Assembly (NCBI GenBank): GCA_012295275.1
Contig: CM022673.1
Location: 27,962,001-28,026,000 of the forward strand
Length of the DNA: 64,000 nt
Direction of reading: 5' to 3'
DNA from: Chrysomallon squamiferum
Lineage: Eukaryota; Animalia; Mollusca
A program made the position numbers and the translations under genes. Positions 12,533 through 23,800 of this stretch are shown here, piece after piece. The notes under the pieces were generated by a model, which saw only the letters and a list, made by a program, of their open reading frames with translations, ran no database searches and was not told where the DNA came from. How positions within the stretch are numbered: position 1 is the stretch's first letter; the number at the start of each line of letters is the position of its first letter.

Positions 12533-15500
12533 TTCATCATCATCTTCATCATTTTCTTCATCTTTATCTTCTTCTTCTTCTTCTTCTTCCTATTCATAGT
12601 TGTAGCAGTAGTTGGAAGTGTAGTATTGTACTACAACTAGTAGTAGTAGCAGTAGTAGGAAGAGGAGTAGTAGTAGTAGTGGTGAAGATAGTATTGGTAG
12701 TGATGGTAGATTACAATTACTTGAGATTATGTATTAGTTACAGCAGTAGCATTATTACTACATCAATTTTTATCTTTTTGTTGTTGTTGTTATTGCACTC
12801 ATTTCTTTTTTTAATTATTATTATTATTATTTTTTAATTCATTTTCAGGGATGGATAGACAATTACAACGGACCTAGTGGTTTATATATAGCAGTAAGTA
12901 ATTAATGATAATTTATGGTTGATTATGATAATTTATAGTTAATTATGATAATATATGGTTATTCATGATAATTATATGGTAATTTATTGTCTGTAATCAT
13001 TGTTTGATCACAGAAACACACACATGTACTGCAGGAAAAGAGTTATTGGTGTTACTAAATTACTTTGTTGCTCGCGTAACAAATGACTGCAGATTGATTT
13101 CATTGACAGCGTTGTACATGTAACAGTTGTTTATGCAAATTGGGTTTATATGCATATACTCTCACAATGCAAAATCTAGATATTTTATGCTGCATTTAAA
13201 AAAAAAAGATTTATTGTTTTTTAAAAGAAAATTATGTAAGAACTGATTTAATTAATTTTAGCTAAACTCAAAATGCTATTTCTTTTATCCTCCACTTTTG
13301 GAATTTGATACAATTTAAATTTAATTATTATTGTTTTGTTGTTGTAATTTTATTTATTTCTTATTTGCTGGTATTATTTATTTATTCTTTCTTTCTTTCT
13401 TTCTTTATTATTTATTTATTTATTTGTTTATTCTATTCTATTTATTTGTTTATTTATTTTTTTATTTGCTACTCTGTTATCAGTTTCTATTTTACGTAAC
13501 AATCTACATGAAGCATGTAACACTGATCTGTTCACGTCTGTTTCCAGGCTGGTAAAGGAGTTCTACGCACGATGAAAGGTGACTACAACGCTGTTGCTGA
13601 CTTCATTCCTGTTGACATTCCCGTCAACCTAATGATCTGTGTCGCATGGTACACGGCTGTCGCCAAGCCTAAACGTGTCCTCGTCTACCACAGCACCACG
13701 GGGGGCACAAACCCGTTCACGTGGGGGGAGATGAGTAAGGACACTTCAACTTAATTAATTGTTTTACTGTCACGGAATTGTATAAGTAACCCTCGAAGTA
13801 CTCATGATTCAACATTTATTTGTGTGACCCAACAAGCATTTGTCACTGGATACTTGTGTGATATATGTGCATTTGCATGCATGTCTGCATACAGGCACAC
13901 AAAACATCTATTTAAATATTAGAAGATGAAAGTTAATATTTTAGTAACTGGATATACTTGTGTGATATATTTGAAATTTTAATATTTAATTTTCTGTTTT
14001 TAGGGCACGTAGCACTGAATTTTCTAAAACACACACCAATGGACGCTTGTTTCAGAAGACCAAATATTGATTTCAGAACCAACAGGTAAATTTATCTTTT
14101 TGTTTCTGCCTAAATTTGATTATCAAAACCAAGGAAAAAGAAAAGTTTATGTCGATATATTGTGAAATAGTAACCAGGACCAGTGCCAGACTGTTTTGTG
14201 TCCTAAGCAAGCTGCAAAAATGTTACCTACTTTGAGTTTTGAAAACGTGTTACTGGAATGTCAGTAATAAACTGTCTGAGATCTGTGAATCGGGTAACTG
14301 CCTAGCTGACCTGATGCTGTTTCCCTAGTCACATGAATCAAAATGTTGCTCAGAATCTTAATTTAAAAAATTTCATTGTACAGTTTTTACATTCATCTGA
14401 TTAGAGATTGAATTTCAGACATCATACTGGACTGATGAAAACATGCTGTAATATGCAGAACTTTGGTTACAAATTAATTTACTTGATTGCTTAACTGCTC
14501 ATTAAAGATAGGCACGGGGAAAGTTAGATTCATGACCTCTTCACTTGTCTCTGTAGATGAAGTCAATATTAGTGACAATTTTAGCATCACTAGAGTATAT
14601 AGGTAAAGTGAAATTCATATCTAAAGATAGATAAATCAACACATATTCTTTTAAACATTTCATAATCTTAATCTTCCACCAAATTGTGACTCTGTTTTAA
14701 ATGTTTTTTGTTTAAATGTTGCAGCTATCTCCATGACTACTACATGTTTGTCAGTCATCTACTACCAGCCTATGCAATGGACATCTTCTACCGCATCATC
14801 GGCAAGAAACCGAGGTTTGTGTACCACTGACTTGTGTTTCTATAGTTTAGAGATCAATAAAATTCAGGCTTGTTGTAAAATGATAGTGTGGGGGAGGTGG
14901 AAACAGAAGTAAAGGTTAATCTGACCTGAACTATAATCTAATACTAACACATTTAATGTACACAGCATACAAAAACACACACAGGTATTTCTGATATTAT
15001 ATATCAGTAATATTTTAAATGTGCTATCCATTTCCATGATGTAAAAAGTATTGTATCCTTATTTTTTAAAGAGTTTAATGTTTCTTTATATTATCTTATA
15101 TACCAGCTGTGTTATACTGAAATATATTTTATACCTACTTTACGTATTTGGTGATACACAAACGATGAGTCATTGTCATATAAATAAACACGCATCTAAC
15201 TAAAAAGACATAAAGACACATACAAACAAAACTAAACAAATATACATACATACACACATATCCAGCTAGACACACACACACATATACATACATACAGTCA
15301 ACTGGACAGACTGTATATCATTTATTCTGCTGGACAGACTTGTATGGTTCAGTACTGTTTATAATGGAACAACAACAACAATAACAATAACAACTCCAAC
15401 AACAAAATATTTTAATAATATTTGTTTTATAATAATAATTGATACAATGAAGAATCAGTGATTTTCAGCTACAAATATTATAAACTAGAACTATCAGTGT

Positions 15501-16850
15501 TAAATTCAAACACTCACTCAGCATCAAGCTTTAACTGAAATAACGAACGTGTGACATTGTTTCAGGATGGTTCGAATCTACAACCGCCTGCATCGCACTA
15601 TGAACATAATGACGTACTTCACCTCCAACTCCTGGGAGTGGAGCTACACCAACACAGACATGCTCAACAACGCCATGTCACCAGAGGAGAGGAAGGTGAG
15701 TGTCTGCAGCAATATTTATTATAATTCAGTAGGATAATAAATGTTTTGTGTCTGTCTTTGTGTAGGTATGCATGCATGTTCAGTTGTTTATAAGTGAATA
15801 TGTGCCTACATGTGGTATCATGGTGTGTATGGCTGTATCTGCATGCTTGTGTATGTTGATGTGTGTATCTGTGTATATAAGTGGCTACTCTGTACTGTGT
15901 GTGTGTGTGTGTGTGTGTCTGAACATATGCATGCATATGTATGTCCATGAATATGCAAGTTTTGTGTTTTTGACACCTAACAACCATTTATATTAAAACG
16001 TTTTGAGATTTTTCTAAACAAGTGTTCATGTCTTGCTTCATTCACAGATGTTCTACCTAGATCCCAGACCTCTGCACTGGCCCACCTACATAGAGAACTA
16101 CATCCTGGGAACCAAGAAGTATTTACTCAAAGAAGACCTCGTAGATGTGCCTGCAGCCAGAGCCCACCTCAAGAAGTAAGTGTCAGCTGTACTGCAAGAA
16201 AAACACACTGAACATCTCACACACTGCAAATCTCACACACCGAACATCTCACACACCGCACATCTCACACACCGCACATCTCACACACCGCACATATCAC
16301 ACACCGAACATATCACACACCAAACATCTCACACACTGCACATCTCACACACTGCACATCTCACACACTGCACATCTCACACACTGCACATCTCACACAC
16401 CGCACATCTCACACACCCAACATCTCACACACGGAGCATCTCACACACTGAACATCTCACACATGAATAATCAACAGTCAAATCATGCTGTGCTTGCAGT
16501 TATTTTCAGTAATGAATTTTTATTCATTCTCTATGATAAATTTGTGAGTAGGTGTCTTTCTAAGACTCTCTTGATAGAACTGAAATTTGTTAACAATATT
16601 TTTATTTATGAAAAATCAAAATATCTAGATTTTTATTTTATTTTTAAAAAACTTTAAAAAATTAAATTTTGTGATATTTATTTTCAGATTAAGAAACATC
16701 CGCTACACGTTCAACACTGTCCTCTTTGTGATACTGTGGCGAGGACTGATAGCCCGTTCTGAGATAGCTCGCAATCTCTGGTACCTCATTGTCAGCCTCG
16801 TTTTCAAGTTCGTCAGGTTCTTCCGGATTACAAGTACAATGCAGAGATAG
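5302..16850 (+). CDS. FAR1: Fatty acyl-CoA reductase 1-like; join(5302-5607,10646-10821,11360-11432,11677-11783,12247-12424,12849-12893,13548-13734,14004-14085,14725-14814,15566-15695,16048-16175,16688-16850); 1665 nt, 554 aa
   Basis: Rossmann motif [27 protein letters not shown], catalytic [23 protein letters not shown], male-sterility domain and a C-terminal hydrophobic tail. All introns are GT-AG and phases are consistent through to TAG 16848-16850. Confidence 0.95.
5985..6106. repeat. Degenerate ~19-20 bp tandem repeat (TTTTAAGTAGGTTGTATAC-like)
   Basis: About six imperfect copies visible. Confidence 0.75.
7851..8300. repeat. Compound (TG)n/(GA)n microsatellite
   Basis: Direct reading; source of the spurious His/Thr-rich ORFs. 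Confidence 0.95.
10646..10821 (+). CDS. FAR1: FAR coding exon 2 ([10 protein letters not shown]...[14 protein letters not shown])
   Basis: CAG acceptor, GTAGTG donor, conserved motif. Confidence 0.93.
11360..11432 (+). CDS. FAR1: FAR coding exon 3 ([24 protein letters not shown])
   Basis: CAG acceptor, GTAAGT donor, phase-consistent. Confidence 0.92.
11677..11783 (+). CDS. FAR1: FAR coding exon 4 ([13 protein letters not shown]...KLIDAL)
   Basis: CAG acceptor, GTAAGT donor, HVSTAY motif. Confidence 0.93.
11850..12095. repeat. Degenerate ~31-40 bp minisatellite (AATTGGTTTAATATT...GTTACTTTG)
   Basis: Recurrent TTGGTTTAATATT core. Confidence 0.65.
12247..12424 (+). CDS. FAR1: FAR coding exon 5 (WMDDE...PNTYTYTK...WKEPLP)
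   Basis: CAG acceptor, GTAAGT donor, catalytic YxxxK. Confidence 0.94.
12849..12893 (+). CDS. FAR1: FAR coding exon 6 ([15 protein letters not shown])
   Basis: 45-nt exon with CAG acceptor and GTAAGT donor. Confidence 0.92.
13548..13734 (+). CDS. FAR1: FAR coding exon 7 (AGKGVLRTM...DFIPVD...NPFTWGEM)
   Basis: CAG acceptor, GTAAGG donor. Confidence 0.93.
14004..14085 (+). CDS. FAR1: FAR coding exon 8 ([26 protein letters not shown])
   Basis: TAG acceptor, GTAAAT donor, phase-consistent. Confidence 0.9.
14725..14814 (+). CDS. FAR1: FAR coding exon 9 ([30 protein letters not shown])
   Basis: CAG acceptor, GTTTGT donor, HLLPA motif. Confidence 0.92.
15566..15695 (+). CDS. FAR1: FAR coding exon 10 (MVRIYNRLH...YFTSNSWEW...EERK)
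   Basis: CAG acceptor, GTGAGT donor. Confidence 0.93.
16048..16175 (+). CDS. FAR1: FAR coding exon 11 ([30 protein letters not shown]...)
   Basis: CAG acceptor, GTAAGT donor. Confidence 0.93.
16204..16463. repeat. 16-bp minisatellite (AC[C/T]GCACATCTCACAC)n, about 16 copies, in the last FAR intron
   Basis: Period 16, for example copies at 16255 and 16271. Confidence 0.92.
16688..16850 (+). CDS. FAR1: FAR terminal coding exon ([24 protein letters not shown]...STMQR*)
   Basis: CAG acceptor, hydrophobic tail, TAG stop. Confidence 0.93.
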
Positions 16851-16927
16851 TTGATTAGCAAGCACCTTTCTATACACAGCAGTTTTCATCTTTCATATCA
16901 CGTGACAAACAAAATGCAGTCACAATC

Positions 16928-17080
16928 CAGATACATTTGTTATATGTCAGGCATGATTCAGATACATTTGTTACATGTCAGTCATGATTCAGATACATTT
17001 GTTACATGTCAGTCATGATTCAGATACATTTGTTACATGTCAGGCATGATTCAGATACATTTGTTACATGTCAGGCATGA
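16928..17080. repeat. 31-bp tandem repeat (CAGATACATTTGTTACATGTCAG[T/G]CATGATT), about 5 copies, in the FAR 3' UTR
   Basis: Copies at 16928, 16959, 16990, 17021, 17052. Confidence 0.92.
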
Positions 17081-18311
17081 TATATATATTTTTTTAACCT
17101 ATCTGACAACATATATTGTATTAGATCTGGTATGGAATTTATTAATTGCATTATTTGTCAGATCCAGTATTCAAATATTTATTGTTTCTAGGTCTGGTAT
17201 CAGTGAATATGTAAGAAAAATCTGTTCAGTTGTTTATTATAATCCTTAATTCTACCTGATACAGAATCTTCTTAAAGTTATTTATTATGAATTATGTTCC
17301 ATGTGGAATCAGTTATTAAAACATTTGCATGCAGCAATTTGTTAAGAATTAGGCTCTGTTAATTAAATTATTTGAATACAAGAAAAACAGTCCAAATACA
17401 AGTTAATAATAACAGTTTTTAATTTCCTGATTATTTTTTTGTGATGTTTTGAAACAACTTTTAATGGCAATAATGCTTTTAAATATAATTAAATGATTTT
17501 TTTTTTTAAAATAGAATATTTAATTATTAACTTGAGTTGTAAGAGTCAGTTTATAGTTTTCATGATACACAACATTAACTTGGAAAACTTATTAAATATT
17601 TCTAGTGCTGGGCTTTTACAGGGGGGAAAAATTAAACTTCTTATAACTAGAAAGAATGAATGGGAATATTTGAATAAAGAACTGTTCTATTTATAATAGC
17701 AATATATCAAGTTAATCTGTGATGTCATCAACATGGTTTGTGATGTCATTGGTTTCTGTCCAGATTGCCAATGACATCATCATGTATATATATATCCAGT
17801 CAGTTATATATATAACCTGTGATGTCATCACATAATTCTATAAAGTTATTCTGTGATGTCATCAGATATTGTGATGTCATAAGATGTTCTGTCAAATTAG
17901 TCTTTGGTGTGGGTCATTTTCTCCACTGTTACTAACATAGTCTCCACAAAATCTTCATGGAATACTATTTTTACTCTCTTAACATCATAAACCATAAACT
18001 CATGTATCAGGCATTTCACATAAGAATATATTACACACAAGTCTTTAATGATATGTAGTGAGAAATGTTAGATCTTGAAGAACTGAAATTTTATTTGGCA
18101 CCCACCAAAAAATAAATAAAAAAATAAAAAATGATTGTTTTATTACTTTTATACTTTATTTTATTTGTTACTTGAAATGACAGTAACACATCTGAAAACA
18201 GATGCATTTATCGTTTTAGTGATGTACTTACATTCATCTTCAGCTGTTTTTGTTTGACTTTTAAAATGATCCATGTAATTATTGGATCTTTGTTCTTTTC
18301 TGAACTTGTCA

Positions 18312-18355
<44 letters not shown>

Positions 18356-18630
18356 GTAATAATGATATTCTTTTTTTTTTCTTTTAGATCTTATTTCTTA
18401 ACTTATAAGATTTTGATGAATATATTTTTGAAACATTTTTTTTTTTATAGCATGTTTTATATATATTCTAGTGTCTTGTTTCTGTAGTGTTTAGAAGCTT
18501 TTTGTAAATAATTTTTCACAATGGATTTTGATTAAGAAGGTGAATTTTTATATTTATTTTTCATCTATAAAATGCCCAGATTGTCATAATTCAAAATAAA
18601 AGGCATAAATTTTACTTTAAAAAAATAAAA

Positions 18631-18681
<51 letters not shown>

Positions 18682-20754
18682 TAAATATCACCTAAAAAGA
18701 AAGTCTTCATTGCCCCTTTTTTTTCAGATCTAATACAAATAATAATGGCCATGATTTTAACAAACGGACAGTGGAATTTTACTAACATGTGTGATGTAAA
18801 TTTGTCAAATAAGAAAACATGAACTGAAATGAAATAGCCAAACTAAGCAATCATAAAAAGAGTTCAACAATTAGAATTTTCTTAATTTTCCTTCAGTGCT
18901 GCTTGAATCTGGCAAAAATCATTCTTTTCATGTTTTGAGTTGTTAAACAGTGGAATCCGAATGGCTTGTAAGAGTTTGAACATTTTTGGGCATTGCAGTC
19001 GTTGGGCTTTGTGATACAGATTTTCTGATGATGTATTTCTTCTCAAAATAACGTTTTTAACCTTTTCTTGCTCATCGTGCATTTATTTTGTGCATCTGGA
19101 ATTATTTCATTGTACGTTTAAAATTATTTCATTGTACGTTTAAAATTATTTTGTTGTAGCATACTGAATCCCAGTATTTCCTGGTTTAAGTATTACTGTA
19201 TTTGAGAATGTGTTGTATAATGTATTTTATGTTTAAAACTGTTAAAATTTGTATGTAACACTGTTCTTTTCTTCTTAAAACCACCATCAGAGTCATTGTT
19301 TTGTCTTTTTGTGGGTTTATTTTTGCTTTTCTAAACCTTTTTAACCTTTCTTTTTCAATATGAAATAAATTATTAAATTCACTTCATTATGTTCTGTCTA
19401 CATCAAATTTTTATCGTCAGAACATGTTTTAATAAAAAAAAAATTAATATCCTTAATGTATCATAACACTTTTACATAATAACATAATAATATTATGACT
19501 GTATTAATGTAACCTATCTTGTTTTAATTTGCATAATTAGGTTACTATGTCAGCCATTTATCAGTGTATGTGTTTCTATCTCATTTAAATTCTTGTCAAA
19601 CTAAAAATGTTAAGTTTATTATCAGTTAACTACGTGCCGTTTCTGGCCTTGTTTTAATCTTTGACAGTGATCTTATTTAGTTGAGGTATGCCAATATTCT
19701 GTCTGTTTTTAATTTTTAATAACAGTACAGGTTACTGTGTATTGTATGTGTTACTTTGTTTCTGTTTAATTTTATACTTGCTAGTACTAGTTTATATTTT
19801 TAATGTTTATTGTTAATAAATGCAAATATCATTATGTATTTCCATATACGATTTCTATCTCTATAATTTTATAACAGTAAATGTTATTACATTCATAATG
19901 TATTAATGCCTGCTATTTCATTGTTTTAATTTTATAACAGTAAATATTATTTATTTTACTGTGCATCAGGATGCAGTACTTACTTTTATTTTTATTTTAT
20001 AAAAGTAAATTTTATTACATCCTTCATATCTTAGTGGTTACCATCTTGATGTGTTTTAACTATTCAAACAGGAGTACATGAACTGTAAGGTGTATGTCAT
20101 TTTTTGATATATTTATTACTCGGTGATTTTTTTTTTTAGTTATTATCTTTTTTAATAATATACTTTTAATATCCTTTATATATTTAATACTATATTTAAT
20201 TGTCAAATATAATCCTTTTATATGCTTTTGTTTTCTATTCTGTAGACATTTTTAGAATGTTATGTTTGCTTATTACTAAGAATACTGTTTTTAATGTTGT
20301 TTATTCAAGTATCTGTAAGTTTGTCTGTCTATCTATATATGTGTGTATATATATACACACACACACACACACAACATACATATATATATAGGCACAGACA
20401 CATAGATATATAGATACATTTTAACATCTAATGTCATTTAAATGAAGTGTGTGTGTGTGTGTGTGCTTTATTTCTCTTGATAGGATAGAATAATGCAATT
20501 TTCCTAAACAAATAATTTTTCATTTACAAATGTCATTGCAGTCTTAATCCCTAAAATATCAGTTTTCGTAAATATTGTAAATATTTAATTTTAAAAGATA
20601 GTAAATCTTAATACTGGCAAGGTTTTTATGGAGATCTTTTTATTCTTTTATAGTTGTTTGGGAACAATGACAGCTTTTAATTGTTTGATAAAATGATTAA
20701 TCATTCCATTATGCTAGCTTTTATTGTACTGCTACTATATACTTACATATACAG

Positions 20755-20816
<62 letters not shown>

Positions 20817-23800
20817 GTATTTGTATTTTTTATGTTGCAGTATTTTCTGTTTTAACTGCACGATGTGCTAGCTGAACTGTTGTTATTATTATTATTATTA
20901 TTATTACAATAATGCTTATAATAATCACAATACTTTTATTAATAATCATAATTGTGATAATAAAGAGACTGAAATTTTCCATTAAATATTTTTTGATTTA
21001 TAAGAGAACTGTTTTAATGAAATCTCTTATTAAAAACTGATTTTTAAATTGCTCATAATTTTTACATTCGTTGAAAACATACCTGTGTATGAATTTAAAT
21101 AATGTCCTTGTTTTATAATTAATATTAATGCTAATATATTTCGTATTTTAAAAATGTTTAATGTGTTTTATTTTTAAATATTGCTTTTATTTTATTAAAC
21201 CTAATTAAGTATTTAATTTTGACTTTGCATATTTAGTGTGCTTGATTTTAATGATTATCAGGTGTTGTATAAGATTTCTACATTTGGTTTTCTTTTCAGT
21301 TTTTTTAACTAAATAATGTTTTCTGATGATCTTCTCTTTAATTTTTTAACAGTCACAAGTCTCTGATCAGTGTATGATGATGATGATGATGATGATGATG
21401 ATAAAATGATGGATTCATTAATACCATAAATGGAAATCATATTTCAGTTACTAATTATTTAATCATATGGAGATTAAAACCACAATTTCAAGACAATTAA
21501 CTTGTTCAGTATATATATACATATTAATCTTTTATTTCAGTATTGTTAGCTATGATTTTGGATAGCCTGATTGATAACATTTTAAAAATAAAATTAAAAA
21601 TAGATGTATTGCAGAACATTTTATGTGACAGTTTCATTGTAAATTTTAAATTTTGACAATCATATTCCTGATACAAAGACAGAGAAAGAACAAACAGACA
21701 GAGAGAAGCACACACACATATTTACAGAGAAACCACCAGATGACACAAAATATTTTGATTTCTTTAATTTTATCAAAAATCATTTCTTCTGAATTGCATC
21801 TTTTTACAAAATAACCAGCTAAAAACTTCTGGTATTAAGAGTATTAAAATTTTTTAAAATTACTATCATAATTTTACACTGTATTGTATTGTGACATATT
21901 AACTTTGTGAGTTCTGTGTAACACAATTATTTTCAAAATACTTATCCTTTTTTTTTTTTTTTTTTTAAAAAAAAAAGGAATTTAAATAGTTTATTCAGTG
22001 TGTAAAGTTGATAGTTGTGGTATTTTTCTCTCTATAAACTTTACACTTGCCTGTTTTTCCTGAAGGACCCCAACAAACACCAGCTTGTTTTCTATGACAA
22101 CCTATGACTGTTGGTGATTCTGTACTACACATGTTTACTTCAGTTTGGTATGACTGCAAAAGTGTCCATCAGTAACTTTAGCCTTTAACAAGTAAAAATT
22201 ACAAAATTACTTTAATTTTGTGAAAAATGATAAACATTTTGAATTCAGTACAGTCAAAATATCATTAACATGTAATATTTCTTGTTGCTGATAATAATAG
22301 TTATCATAGCCTTTTATTTGGCTTATTGAATTATTACTTTTCTTATTTATTATGCTAAAAAAGTAAAAACAATTAAACATTTTTTTTAAATACCCATAAT
22401 AAATAAATAAATATAAACCCACTCAAAAGCCAATAATAATTATTAGCAACAGAAGAAGGGGAAAAAGAAAAATATATATAAAAACTTACATAAAATTTTC
22501 ATGCTGATTTAAATAAAATTTATTCCTGTTTTGAGCATAATATTAATTATTAATTTATTTATTTATTTTAGTACTTTTATTTTTATTTTTTCTAAAAAGA
22601 AAATACTGATGACAACAAAATAAAAAAGATACTGAAATGGTACTTTTAAAATTGTACAGATTGAACAACATGAGTCACCTCAGTTTTGTGGTTTGATGAA
22701 GACAGCTGACTTGGGAGACAGGCTGTGTTTTGTAAACTGATAAAATTGTAAAACTTATGTTAAAAACAAAACATCTGTTTTATTTAATAAGCGGATGGGT
22801 TTTAAAAATACAAATGTGTGTACAGAGTGAATTTGTCTGTATTTATGTTAAATTTGTGAATCTGTCCATTTTGGTGTTGCTGTTTCTGTTAGAAATTAGG
22901 TTGTCAGTAGAAATGAAAAGATAAATTTAGTAGGAATAGGATTTCCAAGGATTTATCAAGATGTCATAAATTTGTTTTTTGTACTTTTTTTTTTTTTTTT
23001 TAAAATAATGCAATAGGTCATATCAACCATTAGCATTGAAAAAAAAAAAAAAAAAAAAATGACAAGAACAAATAACAATATTAATTTTAAAAAGCATGTT
23101 GCCTCCATTTGTAATAATTGTGTTGATGTTAGAAAATTAACTTGACACAAACATATTTATCTAAAATTGAAAATTCATATTCAGGGCACATTTTTGAAGG
23201 TTTTATTTTGTAAATGTATTTAAAAACTATTCAACAAAATTGTCTTTTCTTATTATTATTTTTTAAATTTTGTTATGAAATTTTTAATGAAATTCTAAAA
23301 TACTTAAGCATAATGCATGAATAATGCAGAACAATGGTGGTGGGTTTTAAAACTTAATGCAACATTTTTTCTAAACTATTTAGAACTTGTGTTTATACTG
23401 TACTTATTTTTGAGAATTTTTCTTTTTATGTTACTGATGGTAAAAACAACAGACATTTTTCTGCTTGCATAAGTCATGTTAGTTTATTGCTGTTGGAATT
23501 ATCATTTCATATTCACTTTTTATTTTAAAAAACAAAACTAAAAACTTCAGAGTGCGAATAACAAATCTTAACATAATTATGTACCACTACTTGGTATCTT
23601 TGAAAATAAAATAAAAATAACAATAATAATAAAACAAAAGATTTATCAGCACAACCATAGTTTTAGAAATAGATTATTAACTTTCAGACAATTCAGAAGT
23701 TGTAAAACAAACTTGTTACTTAAGTGAAATAAAGAGAATAACAAGAATTTTAAATATTAAATTTGTTAGCATGTAATTTTAGAAGTATTTATTTACAGTG

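Noticed and set aside
15053-15062. U12-type donor motif GTATCCTT (similar ATATCCTT at about 20171 and 31633)
   Set aside because: No adjacent exon; all modelled introns are GT-AG without U12 signatures, and the motif is expected by chance in AT-rich DNA.
16145-16657. 170-aa ORF with HISHT repeats; regular spacing superficially like a CRISPR array
   Set aside because: Intronic 16-bp minisatellite with no unique spacers and no cas genes, in a eukaryotic context.
16848-17020. Stop-codon readthrough extension of FAR
   Set aside because: TAG-T context is not leaky, and the downstream frame runs into the 31-bp repeat without a targeting motif.
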